This document shows positions 18,452 to 27,487 of a stretch of DNA of 64,000 nucleotides, one piece after another; the first letter of the stretch is position 1, and every line of letters starts with the position of its first letter. The position numbers were made by a program, and so were the translations under genes. This DNA comes from Deltaproteobacteria bacterium UBA2409. GTDB lineage: Bacteria > Bdellovibrionota_C > UBA2361 > DDRT01. The notes beneath the pieces were generated by a model. That model was given only the letters and a program-made list of their open reading frames with translations. It made no database searches and was not told the origin of the DNA. The stretch covers positions 400,215 through 464,214 of the forward strand of contig DDRT01000001.1 in the NCBI GenBank assembly GCA_002343185.1, read 5' to 3'.

Positions 18452-19612
18452 ATGAGCTGGGAGGATGGAATAAGTTTTGGCCTTTCTGAGGAAGTCATCG
18501 CTGTTAGAGAAACGGCTAGAAAGTTTGCCCTAGATGAAGTCCTACCACTTGCCGGGAAAATAGATCAGGAGCACTGGTTTCCTAGTGAGATAGTAAAAAA
18601 ACTTGGTAATTTAGGTTTCATGGGTGCCTGTATACCCAGTAAGTATAATGGTTCCGAGCTTTCGCAGGTAGCATATTGCTTAATAATTGAGGAGCTTGCA
18701 GCAGCTTGCGCATCTACTTCTATTATTGTGAGTGCACATCACTCACTTTGTAGCATCCCAATTTTAGATTATGGAACTGAAGATCAAAAAGAGCGATTTC
18801 TGAAACCGCTAGCATCTGGGGAGAAATTAGGGTGTTTTGCTCTTTCTGAACCAGGCTCAGGAAGTGATGCCGCCAGTATGACCTGTAAGGCAGAAAAGAA
18901 AGGGGATAGATTTATCATAAATGGAACAAAGAATTGGATAACTAATGGACCTCAAGCAAATACAGCTGTTCTCTTTGCAACAATAGATACAACAGCCGGC
19001 CATAAAGGAGTTACTGCCTTTGTTCATGATCTCAATATGCCAGGAATTTCAAGAGGAAAGTCTGAAGATAAGCTTGGTATCAGAGGCTCAGGAACTTGCT
19101 CATTAACGTACGACAACGTTGAGTTAAGAGCAGAGAATGTTTTAGGTGAGGTTGGTCGCGGGTTTAAAGTTGCAATGACCACTCTTAATGGAGGAAGAAC
19201 AGGAGTAGCAGCTCAAGCTGTAGGGATTGCTAGGGCTGCCCTAAGAGATGCCTTACAGTATTCAAAAGAAAGAAAAGCATTTGGAAGGGTTATTAACGAG
19301 TTTCAATCTATACAAAATTATTTGGCAGAGATGGTGAACCAGGTTGATGCAGCAAGATATTTAACAATTAGTGCAGCAGCAAAAAAAGATGCTGGCCTTG
19401 AATATGCTAGAGAAGCTGCACAGGCAAAACTTTTTGCATCCGAAGCAGCGATGTTTTGCGCGAATAAAGGAATTCAGATTCATGGAGGATATGGATACGT
19501 TACTGAGTATCCAGCTGAAAGGCATCTTAGAGATGCAAAGATCACAGAGATTTATGAAGGGACAAGTGAGATTCAAAAGTTTGTAATAGCATCAAATTTG
19601 GTGAAGGAATGA
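18452..19612 (+). CDS. Acyl-CoA dehydrogenase (short/branched-chain type).
   Basis: ACAD motifs [14 protein letters not shown] and a C-terminal [14 protein letters not shown]. Length is 386 aa. Confidence 0.85.
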   Translation: MSWEDGISFGLSEEVIAVRETARKFALDEVLPLAGKIDQEHWFPSEIVKKLGNLGFMGACIPSKYNGSELSQVAYCLIIEELAAACASTSIIVSAHHSLCSIPILDYGTEDQKERFLKPLASGEKLGCFALSEPGSGSDAASMTCKAEKKGDRFIINGTKNWITNGPQANTAVLFATIDTTAGHKGVTAFVHDLNMPGISRGKSEDKLGIRGSGTCSLTYDNVELRAENVLGEVGRGFKVAMTTLNGGRTGVAAQAVGIARAALRDALQYSKERKAFGRVINEFQSIQNYLAEMVNQVDAARYLTISAAAKKDAGLEYAREAAQAKLFASEAAMFCANKGIQIHGGYGYVTEYPAERHLRDAKITEIYEGTSEIQKFVIASNLVKE

Positions 19613-21246
19613 GAAGATATTCTGATTGGTTTCAAAATAGATATAAGGCTCAAAAAGAAAGAAAGTCTAAGTTTGAGTCGATAAGCTTTAGAGAACAGCC
19701 TCCGATCGTGACTAATGAGCACCTAAACGGATTTTCTTATGATGAAAAGCTAGGACTTCCTGGGGAATTTCCTTATACACGTGGGATTCAACCAACCATG
19801 TATCGAGGAAAAATCTGGACAATGCGTCAATTTGCTGGGTTTGGAGGACCAGAAGATACAAATAAAAGATTTAAGTATTTACTTTCACATGGACAAACAG
19901 GACTTTCAACAGCTTTCGATATGCCTTGTCTCATGGGCTATGACCCAGATCATCCGATGAGTAAAGGTGAAGTTGGAAGAGAGGGGGTAAGTGTAGCCTC
20001 AATAGAAGATATGGATAGATTATTTGAGGGGATACCTCTTGATCAGGTTACGACTTCTATGACTATTAACTGCACTGCCACTGTTACACTTGCTTTTTAC
20101 TTTGCTATAGCAAAAAGAAGATCAATATCATTTGATAAAATTGGCGGCACAATTCAAAACGATATGTTTAAGGAGTTTATCGCTCAAAAAGAGTGGATCT
20201 CTCCACCGGCTCCATCAGTGAAACTTGTTTGTGATGTTATAGAATATTGCGCTGAGCTTGCTCCAAAGTTTAACCCTGTAAGTATCTCCGGGTATCACAT
20301 ACGAGAAGCAGGAGCGACAGCAGTTCAAGAGCTTGCATTTACCCTTGCTGATGGACTTGGATATGTTGAGCACTGCATTGGTCGTGGAATGGATGTTGAT
20401 AGTTTTGCACCACAGCTCTCATTCTTTTTTGATGTTCATAATGATTTCTTTGAAGAGATCGCTAAATTTCGAGCTGCAAGAAGGCTTTGGGCTCGAATGA
20501 TGAAAGAGAGATACAATGCCAAAAAACCAAAATCACTCATGCTTAGAACTCATGCACAAACTGCTGGTGTTAGCTTAACAGCCCAGCAACCGGTTAATAA
20601 CGTAGCCAGAGTTACAATGCAGGCTCTTGCAGCTGTTCTTGGAGGAGTTCAAAGTCTTCATACAAACTCCATGGATGAGACTCTATCTCTTCCAACAGAA
20701 GAAGCTGTAAAAGTAGCACTTAGAACTCAGCAGATAATAGCAGAGGAGAGTGGCGTTACTAACACAATAGATCCTCTTGGGGGTTCCTATTACATTGAAA
20801 AGCTTACTGATGAGATTGAAGCAGAAGCTTATTCTTATATCAAAAAAATTGATGAAATGGGTGGTATGCTAAAAGCAGTAGAGCTCGGGTATCCTCAAAA
20901 AGAGATCGCTGAATCATCCTATCAATTTCAGCTAAAAGTTGACTCAAAAGAAGAGGTTATGGTTGGGGTAAATAAGTATCAGGATGAGGAAGAGACACCG
21001 ATTCCGCTTCATGCAATTGATCCTGATGTTGAAAGGCTTCAAATTGAACGGACTAAAGCCCTTAAAGCTTCAAGAAATAAAGAGCTTTGGGAAAAGAGTT
21101 TTAAGGCTATCAAGCAGGCCTGTAAGGAAAATAGAAATGTTATGCCAAGTCTTGTTGATGGCGTAGAGCATGGAGTTACTTTGGGTGAGGTTAGTGACAT
21201 TTACCGAGAAGTTTTCGGTGTTTATCGGGATCCAGGGCTGGTATAG
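19609..21246 (+). CDS. Methylmalonyl-CoA mutase family, catalytic (N-terminal, TIM-barrel) subunit of a split enzyme.
   Basis: MCM-family substrate-barrel motifs: [32 protein letters not shown] and [13 protein letters not shown]. It ends before the B12-binding domain, which is encoded separately at 23830. Confidence 0.85.
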   Translation: MRRYSDWFQNRYKAQKERKSKFESISFREQPPIVTNEHLNGFSYDEKLGLPGEFPYTRGIQPTMYRGKIWTMRQFAGFGGPEDTNKRFKYLLSHGQTGLSTAFDMPCLMGYDPDHPMSKGEVGREGVSVASIEDMDRLFEGIPLDQVTTSMTINCTATVTLAFYFAIAKRRSISFDKIGGTIQNDMFKEFIAQKEWISPPAPSVKLVCDVIEYCAELAPKFNPVSISGYHIREAGATAVQELAFTLADGLGYVEHCIGRGMDVDSFAPQLSFFFDVHNDFFEEIAKFRAARRLWARMMKERYNAKKPKSLMLRTHAQTAGVSLTAQQPVNNVARVTMQALAAVLGGVQSLHTNSMDETLSLPTEEAVKVALRTQQIIAEESGVTNTIDPLGGSYYIEKLTDEIEAEAYSYIKKIDEMGGMLKAVELGYPQKEIAESSYQFQLKVDSKEEVMVGVNKYQDEEETPIPLHAIDPDVERLQIERTKALKASRNKELWEKSFKAIKQACKENRNVMPSLVDGVEHGVTLGEVSDIYREVFGVYRDPGLV

Positions 21247-21291
21247 CAGTCTAGCTATCTTAAGAATTTAATTTCGTTAATATATACGGCT

Positions 21292-22398
21292 GTGATTGAT
21301 ACTGAAGAAACCCTATTTCGAATTGGCTTAGACGTAGCAAGGCAGAGGGTATTTACTACCTGGTACGATTCACCGGCTGTATTAATGGAGAATTTTCTAG
21401 CGCTGACCCATTTTTCTAAGTTCGGCGGTATGAATGGAAAAGGCATTCCATTCGATAGAGCCTGTCTTGATTCTGCTCCAAAGTACACAGACTGTAGGGA
21501 AATTTTAGGAGCGATTAATGAAGATCCATTAAACTTTGCATTCACCCCTGAAGAATCAATAAAGGCCATTAGAGATTGGTTTGAAACGATAGGCTCAAGA
21601 ACTGATATGAGCGTATCTGATGTTGCTAGAATTAGGTATGAGGCGAAGGCTATTCTTAATCACATAGATATCGTTGCTGTCTCTGAGGTGGATCTATATA
21701 GACCAGCTGTTAATAGAGTCTATCAGATGTTTAGCTATGAGCTTGATAGGCGATCTGAACCCTTTAAAAGCTTGCTAGAAAATCGTACTACGCCAGCAGA
21801 GTTTTTAGCCTATTTTGAATCATTTCCTAAGAGTCAGGATCCTTGGCAGCTTGATGATTTAGATATAATTGTGAGACATGTTCTAATTCGAGATAGTCAT
21901 TGTCGTACTTCAAATCGATCTAGAGGAAGACATGAGCGTGAATTTTCACAGACTCCTGTTAGAACTATTGTTCAATTTTTAAGGGACAATCCAGAGCTTG
22001 CTCCAAACTCTAATAGCTACTTAATTGATATAGGATCAGGTTGCGGAGTATCAACAGCAGTTTTTTCGCTTCTTACAGGATGTAAAGCCAAGGGGATTGA
22101 GATCGATCCTAGTTTACATAAAGTGGCAACTCGAATCTCAAAGTTTTTACCGATTGAGTTTTTAAATATAGATGCTCTTGACGCAGATTTTCAAGGCGCA
22201 ACGCATGTGTACTTTGCTTCTTCGCTTATATACTCGGCTACTCAGAAGTTGTTTAGACGCATAAGAGAAGCTAATATCGACGATGTTTCGCTACTTGTAT
22301 ACTGGGATATAAACACAGCACTTAGGGCCGATAAATCTTCCTCTAGAGAGATTCATCAGTACTCTTTGAATGATGTAGTCGAGCGGTTAAGAAAGTAG
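21292..22398 (+). CDS. Hypothetical protein with a C-terminal class-I SAM-dependent methyltransferase fold (368 aa).
   Basis: Motif I LIDIGSGCGVSTAVF, then an acidic post-I residue (KGIEID) and a motif-II-like ATHVYFASS. The layout loosely resembles DOT1-type methyltransferases. The N-terminal ~220 aa are unassigned. Confidence 0.45.
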   Translation: MIDTEETLFRIGLDVARQRVFTTWYDSPAVLMENFLALTHFSKFGGMNGKGIPFDRACLDSAPKYTDCREILGAINEDPLNFAFTPEESIKAIRDWFETIGSRTDMSVSDVARIRYEAKAILNHIDIVAVSEVDLYRPAVNRVYQMFSYELDRRSEPFKSLLENRTTPAEFLAYFESFPKSQDPWQLDDLDIIVRHVLIRDSHCRTSNRSRGRHEREFSQTPVRTIVQFLRDNPELAPNSNSYLIDIGSGCGVSTAVFSLLTGCKAKGIEIDPSLHKVATRISKFLPIEFLNIDALDADFQGATHVYFASSLIYSATQKLFRRIREANIDDVSLLVYWDINTALRADKSSSREIHQYSLNDVVERLRK

Positions 22399-22402
22399 CA
22401 GC

Positions 22403-23743
22403 CTAAAACCTAGCTCTAGTTCCTGTATCGGTAGTATTAGTTTTATGAATTGGAATTTGATGAACATGTATCCCTCTTGCCCTTAACTCACGAACCCAAG
22501 GATATTTAGTTAGCTTTTTTGGGAGTGCTGAGTATCTGTAAAATACAACCTGATTACTTGGAAAGTTAATATCTTCAGGAAATCTCACCCCAGAGATAAT
22601 AATTTTTGAGCCCGCTCTTAATTGAGATAACTTTTCTAATCTTGATTCTTTTGTGTCCCTTCCAGTAATCACAACTGGAAAATCATGAAAAATGTCGTTG
22701 GCTAATGAATCTAAAACGGCTTGTATTCTTTTAAGGTCTGTTTTTACATTTTTTGAGTAAACAATATGGATAGCATCAGGTCTTGAAATTTGATTCTCAA
22801 TTATAAGCCTTTTTAGAGTTAATTCTTTGGGGCTAAAATCACCTAAGATTTCATTGGTTTTTTGATGAGCCTCGTAGCTTATTACATTTTTAAGACCTTC
22901 ATCGCTTTTATGTTCTTCTAACCAGTTATTATCAAATGAAAAGAAATAATCTAGCTCTGGAAGAAGTGATTTTGCGGTTCGAATACAGAATGATCTTTGA
23001 TCGAAATATAAGGCCTTTCTAAAATCTCTTGGATCTAAGAGAGCTTCTAGTTTGTTATCAATGATGTATTTTATGAAGCCTCTTACATCCTCTTTCCCAA
23101 GAAACTCTTGAAGTTTATGAGATTCCATAACAAAGCTAGTTCTTTCACGAAGAGTTTTTAGTGACTTATCATCATGAGAGTCGATAATTTCCAGGGCTTT
23201 ATGTAGGCAATTTGCAAATGTAAATCCTAGTGCAGAGACACTTCTTTTGAATCTTGCTTCTCTTACATGCTCAGGAAGTTTGGCTTCAAAATCCCATGTC
23301 TCAATAGCACTATTTCCAGTTTGATAGAGCCATCTTGCCCAAGCATGTATAAGCCTTGTTGGATCAAAATCGGGTAATTTATTGTCTCGCTTGGCCCTGA
23401 GATACTCAATCAACTGATCTCTAAGATCATCGCTTGGCTCTAATTCAAATTTTTTTGGGACTACACTTCTTTTATCAATTCTGGTTAAGGCTTCTAAATC
23501 GCTCCACTTCCCTGGAATAATAGCCTTTATAACTGCCTCAAGTTCTCTAGGCTTTTGCTTTAAATGATCCTTTAGCCTCTCTATAACTTCATCCAAGATA
23601 GTCTCGGGCGAATCTTTAGGGAAAAGTGGCCTAAGAGCGCCGATCGCTCCCTTAGTGAGTTCTGTTCTCTCGTAAACAAACGGCTCGCCACGAACAAGTG
23701 ATACCCCATGGGTTGCTTTTCCTGTGACAACAGCAGTTTCCAT
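22403..23743 (-). CDS. Hypothetical protein (446 aa), convergent with the methyltransferase-fold gene.
   Basis: Long clean ORF ending 4 nt from the stop of the previous gene. No P-loop or other recognisable motif. Confidence 0.45.
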   Translation of the reverse strand: METAVVTGKATHGVSLVRGEPFVYERTELTKGAIGALRPLFPKDSPETILDEVIERLKDHLKQKPRELEAVIKAIIPGKWSDLEALTRIDKRSVVPKKFELEPSDDLRDQLIEYLRAKRDNKLPDFDPTRLIHAWARWLYQTGNSAIETWDFEAKLPEHVREARFKRSVSALGFTFANCLHKALEIIDSHDDKSLKTLRERTSFVMESHKLQEFLGKEDVRGFIKYIIDNKLEALLDPRDFRKALYFDQRSFCIRTAKSLLPELDYFFSFDNNWLEEHKSDEGLKNVISYEAHQKTNEILGDFSPKELTLKRLIIENQISRPDAIHIVYSKNVKTDLKRIQAVLDSLANDIFHDFPVVITGRDTKESRLEKLSQLRAGSKIIISGVRFPEDINFPSNQVVFYRYSALPKKLTKYPWVRELRARGIHVHQIPIHKTNTTDTGTRARF

Positions 23744-23829
23744 TAGAGGCCTAAAATTACTTCAATTTTGAGTGCTACTCTACTCCCCCCTTGATAACTT
23801 TTTAACTTAAGGCTTCAATAGGGTCTAAG

Positions 23830-24231
23830 ATGGAGCGCCCCCTTCGTATAATGATAGCTAAGCCTGGCCTTGATGGGCATGATAGGGGCGCAAAGGTTAT
23901 TGCTAGAGCGCTAAGAGATGCAGGAATGGAGGTTATCTATACAGGGCTCCATCAAACAGCAGATACGATCGTTCAAAGCGCAATTCAGGAAGATGTGGAT
24001 GCTATAGGTGTTAGTATTCTCTCTGGGGCTCATATGACCCAGTTTCCTGAGATTTTAAGCAGACTAAAAGAGCAAGGTGCTGAAGATATTCCAGTTTTTG
24101 GTGGCGGAATAATACCTAAAGAAGATATTGATAAGTTAAAATCCCTTGGTGTTAAAGAGATATTTATCCCAGGCACCTCCACTCAGGCAGTGATTGATTG
24201 GATTAAGTCCAACGTGCGTGCTAATCCTTAA
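23830..24231 (+). CDS. Methylmalonyl-CoA mutase family, B12-binding (C-terminal domain) subunit, 133 aa.
   Basis: Canonical cobalamin-binding DxHxxG motif ([11 protein letters not shown]) and a Rossmann-like B12 domain (GVSILSGAH…, FGGGIIP). Confidence 0.85.
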   Translation: MERPLRIMIAKPGLDGHDRGAKVIARALRDAGMEVIYTGLHQTADTIVQSAIQEDVDAIGVSILSGAHMTQFPEILSRLKEQGAEDIPVFGGGIIPKEDIDKLKSLGVKEIFIPGTSTQAVIDWIKSNVRANP

Positions 24232-24258
24232 GAAACAAATTAAACTATTAGAATTCTA

Positions 24259-25917
24259 GTGGATAACTTAATAAAATTATCGGCACCAGCCGAGTATCAT
24301 CTATCTGTGTATGGTCCCGATGGTAGAATCTTTCGGAATCCATATCCTGCAGATGATTGTATATTAGAGAAAGACCACCAATATTATGCTGAGGCACGTA
24401 GAGCCGCATCATTTTATAAAGCTGCTCAGAGTAAGGCCATTGAAGGAATCAAGAAGATTCGAGGAACAATTTTTGGGGCAATTCCAAGTAGTGCAACAAT
24501 CGATAAAGTTGAGTCAAAAGAGTTTTTAGAAAACGTTATTAAAGAGGCAATTGAAAAAAATAAGGACAGGATCATAAATCTATTATCAGGAATAGACGAG
24601 ATTCAAGCGGATGATCTTACTTCCTTTGCAGCGCGAGTACTTCAGCTTGCCTTTTATGATATTAATCCTCAGCGAAAATTAAGGGTAAGAGTTGGGCGAG
24701 AACTAAGAGAGGAGCTCTTAGCGCACAGAGAAAATTATAAAGACAACGTTGGAGGGCTCAGCACTTTTTTAGGAGCGTTCCTGTCAAGGCTAGGTTTTAG
24801 AGCTAGGTGCTTTATATCGACTTCTTCTCACCATGATCTAAAGCAGGTATTTGAATCGATGCCTGGAGTTGAATTTGTTCAATCAGGAAGGGTAGTTGAT
24901 CCAAAAAATGTAACTCTTGACCGAGATGAACCAGGAAATATCGTCTGTAAAACAGAGTCGATAAATTTCTTAAATTTTTTCAGTGTGGAGGATCTAAGAC
25001 AGATCCCAGAACCTTTAAATGGCTCAACGCTTTCTGTCGATATAGTTGTTTCTAGAGATGAAGGAATTCCGAGTATTGATGATTGCTCGCGCGAGTTCTT
25101 AGAGGAGCTCTCGAAAGATATACCAGTCTATTTTCTTTCATCAGTCAACAAAGCTAGAACAGCAGAGGAGTTAAATAATTTTTTTGATAATATTAATGGG
25201 ATTCACTCAAGATTTTCCTGGGCATTTTCTTCTTTTATTCATTGGGATACTTTTGGAGCAGGTGTTCCACGGTTTAGAGAGAGGATCACCACTTTCTCTC
25301 TTAATACCGCTGAACTTCTAGATATAGTTAGAAAATTTGATACATGGTTCCCCTCTCTTCCTTGCTCAGTATCTAACAAATCTGAGATCAAAGAGCTTTT
25401 TACACCTCTCTGCGAAGGTGAGCCACATATTCAAAGCTCCGAGTGGATGGTTAATGGTGTCAGAGCCTTAGAGGCTTTATTCGGAAAAGAGGTAAATATC
25501 GTCCTTAGGGGTCACCATATTCATATTGCTAGTTATGCTAGCGCAGACAGATTTACAGAAGAAGAATGTGAACATTTAAGAGATATAAATATGTTCTCAC
25601 GAGCACTTGCTGCTCAGAAGGTTTTCTTTAAAGATGGACTTCCAAAATCTATCGATGAAGTTGGAATAATTGACTTTCCACTTACAGATGATGCGATTCA
25701 TTCATTTACAAGAGCAGCCAGACTCTTTGGTTATGAGGGGGAATTAAGGGAGAAATATTGGGTTAAAACAGATGAAGCTAGGCTAATAGTTTTAATTCCA
25801 ACCATGCCTTTTCTTGTAAGAAGTGGAACTGCTGGAGCAGGGGATAGTATGGACCTAGGTAGAGTTCTAGCAACTCAAGCTCTCCTCGGCGATAGGGTGG
25901 ATGTTAGGTTGATCTAG
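24259..25917 (+). CDS. Hypothetical protein (552 aa) with ribokinase-superfamily-like motifs. Possible sugar/nucleoside kinase related to ADP-dependent kinases.
   Basis: A GG-containing N-proximal motif (DNVGGLSTFLGAFLSRLG) and a C-terminal anion-hole-like GTAGAGDSMDLGRVLA, reminiscent of the GAGD motif of the PfkB/ADP-dependent kinase fold. It has a GTG start 28 nt after the B12 subunit stop. This call is tentative. Confidence 0.3.
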   Translation: MDNLIKLSAPAEYHLSVYGPDGRIFRNPYPADDCILEKDHQYYAEARRAASFYKAAQSKAIEGIKKIRGTIFGAIPSSATIDKVESKEFLENVIKEAIEKNKDRIINLLSGIDEIQADDLTSFAARVLQLAFYDINPQRKLRVRVGRELREELLAHRENYKDNVGGLSTFLGAFLSRLGFRARCFISTSSHHDLKQVFESMPGVEFVQSGRVVDPKNVTLDRDEPGNIVCKTESINFLNFFSVEDLRQIPEPLNGSTLSVDIVVSRDEGIPSIDDCSREFLEELSKDIPVYFLSSVNKARTAEELNNFFDNINGIHSRFSWAFSSFIHWDTFGAGVPRFRERITTFSLNTAELLDIVRKFDTWFPSLPCSVSNKSEIKELFTPLCEGEPHIQSSEWMVNGVRALEALFGKEVNIVLRGHHIHIASYASADRFTEEECEHLRDINMFSRALAAQKVFFKDGLPKSIDEVGIIDFPLTDDAIHSFTRAARLFGYEGELREKYWVKTDEARLIVLIPTMPFLVRSGTAGAGDSMDLGRVLATQALLGDRVDVRLI

Positions 25918-25983
25918 TGGGGGTCAGGCCGGGAGGCCTGACCAGGCAACTGCTAGCTTAGGCCTCCCGGCCTGACCCCCAAG
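25918..25983. repeat. Family-1 palindromic element, inverted dimer: GGGGGTCAGGCCGGGAGGCCTGACCAGG … AGGCCTCCCGGCCTGACCCCCAAG.
   Basis: Two hairpin units in inverted orientation form a roughly 65-bp super-palindrome immediately after the 552-aa ORF stop. Confidence 0.75.
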
Positions 25984-26036
25984 AATCCCTTTAGGGCTTT
26001 TCGCTTTAACGATTACCTCGTATTCTTAAAAGTACT

Positions 26037-26327
26037 GTGGAAAATTTTAATCCATTTAGTATTTTTCTGATCTGGCTTTTTGCAGGTGCAATCGTAGCTT
26101 TAGGCTTAAAGGAGCTACACACTATGCATGGTCAAAGAGCAGGGGTAAGTCAGGTTGAAGTAGACAGCCTTGTTAATAAACTTAAAGGCAATCAAAAGGT
26201 AATAAGACCTCAGTCTGGTGAGAGAGCTTCGTATGTTCCAGAAGAAAAAGTTCAAGAAACAGCCGACGGAGTTAGCAGCAAGGCTAAAGATATTATAAAT
26301 AAGATATTTCCAGGGCAGAAGCAGTGA
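26037..26327 (+). CDS. Small membrane-anchored hypothetical protein (96 aa).
   Basis: N-terminal TM helix (FSIFLIWLFAGAIVALGL). Followed by two lipoprotein genes with overlapping ends. Confidence 0.35.
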   Translation: MENFNPFSIFLIWLFAGAIVALGLKELHTMHGQRAGVSQVEVDSLVNKLKGNQKVIRPQSGERASYVPEEKVQETADGVSSKAKDIINKIFPGQKQ

Positions 26328-26764
26328 GAATTTTAGTCTTAGGGTTAGTAATACTATCAGGGTGTATCCTTGCCCCAGTAATGAAAGGTGTTCAAGACGC
26401 TGGGATCACTAAAAACGACAGAGCAGTAAAATTAGGTGAAAATCTCCGTGAATTTAAAGAAGCCCTTTACTGGGGGCAAACGCTAAGACTAAACAGCTAT
26501 CTACTTGAAGAAGGAAAGGAGTCCTTTACTACTGCCTATAAAGGAGTTGGTCGAACAGAAAGGCTTACCGAAACCAAAGTCGAAGAAACCGAAATTTCAG
26601 AGGATGGTTACTCAGCTAAGGTGCGAATGATGGTTAGATATTATAGGATCCCTCACTATACTGTAGTAGAACGAGTTGATACTCATGATTGGAAATATGA
26701 AGATGGTTGGAAAATCGCCTCAGTTGCAGTTGGTGACGAAGGTAACACTTCTCCTCTTCGTTAG
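26324..26764 (+). CDS. Lipoprotein (146 aa).
   Basis: Lipobox LVILSGC following a short basic N-terminus. The start overlaps the previous stop by 4 nt. Confidence 0.45.
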   Translation: MRILVLGLVILSGCILAPVMKGVQDAGITKNDRAVKLGENLREFKEALYWGQTLRLNSYLLEEGKESFTTAYKGVGRTERLTETKVEETEISEDGYSAKVRMMVRYYRIPHYTVVERVDTHDWKYEDGWKIASVAVGDEGNTSPLR

Positions 26765-27410
26765 TTTTTTAGGCTGCTCCGTAAAGACTGAGCAGAGTGA
26801 GGATGCTCCTGTTTCGTTAAGTGTACTTGAGGAGTTTAGAAATCAAGACACGCTTTCTATAAGAGCCTCTCTTGATTCAAAAGTAGATCCAGCACCTCAG
26901 GTTGCAGTGACACTAAAAACTCTTAACAAGGCAGAGATCGTTGGGGAGTCTCTTTATCCAATCAAGCAGCAAAGTTATCCATATGAGTTTACAATCTCGG
27001 CCTCAGCAAAAGATATGACTGATTATCAGCTTGGTCTTTTTTGGGGGGATGAGGCTGATGAATTTTTTCTTCGAGATGAGACTGTAAAAGAAGAGGAGAA
27101 AAAGGTTGAAGCACCAGAATTAAAGGTTGAAGTGGTGTCAACTAGTCCAAGCCCACTTCAATGTAGGGCTGGAAGCTGCGAAGGAGGGATAGAGATTAGT
27201 GGTCTTCTTAAAGGAGTTGGAAGTAATATAACTCTTTCAGTAGTTCTTATGGACGCAGATGGGGAGGAGGCTACTGAACCTGCAGAGGTAGATTTAGGAG
27301 AGCTTATAGTCGATGGAGAGGCTCCATTTGAACTAGGGATAGATCTTCCGTCTGGCGTTTCAGGCCATGATTTAACCGCAAAAGTTACAGTAGTTGATTT
27401 TACCCCTTAG
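26697..27410 (+). CDS. Acidic lipoprotein (about 235 aa).
   Basis: Lipobox VSFLGCS. The remainder is strongly acidic (many D/E). The true start is uncertain: the track start at 26676 overlaps the upstream gene by 88 nt, and several in-frame starts exist. Confidence 0.4.
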   Translation: MKMVGKSPQLQLVTKVTLLLFVSFLGCSVKTEQSEDAPVSLSVLEEFRNQDTLSIRASLDSKVDPAPQVAVTLKTLNKAEIVGESLYPIKQQSYPYEFTISASAKDMTDYQLGLFWGDEADEFFLRDETVKEEEKKVEAPELKVEVVSTSPSPLQCRAGSCEGGIEISGLLKGVGSNITLSVVLMDADGEEATEPAEVDLGELIVDGEAPFELGIDLPSGVSGHDLTAKVTVVDFTP

Positions 27411-27487
27411 AATTTGCGAAAACATTGCTTCGTTTGCCCTAAAACCTTCTATACTCAAAACTGATTTGCGTTTAGTATACGCAGTTC

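Noticed and set aside
19361-19586. Two 71-aa ORFs, one on each strand, within the 3' end of the acyl-CoA dehydrogenase gene.
   Set aside because: They are alternative-frame or antisense ORFs inside a confident CDS.
21255-21569. 104-aa minus-strand ORF overlapping the start of the methyltransferase-fold gene.
   Set aside because: It overlaps the 5' end of the longer plus-strand ORF and has no RBS or termination context. A shadow ORF is more likely, although the true start of the 368-aa gene is itself uncertain.
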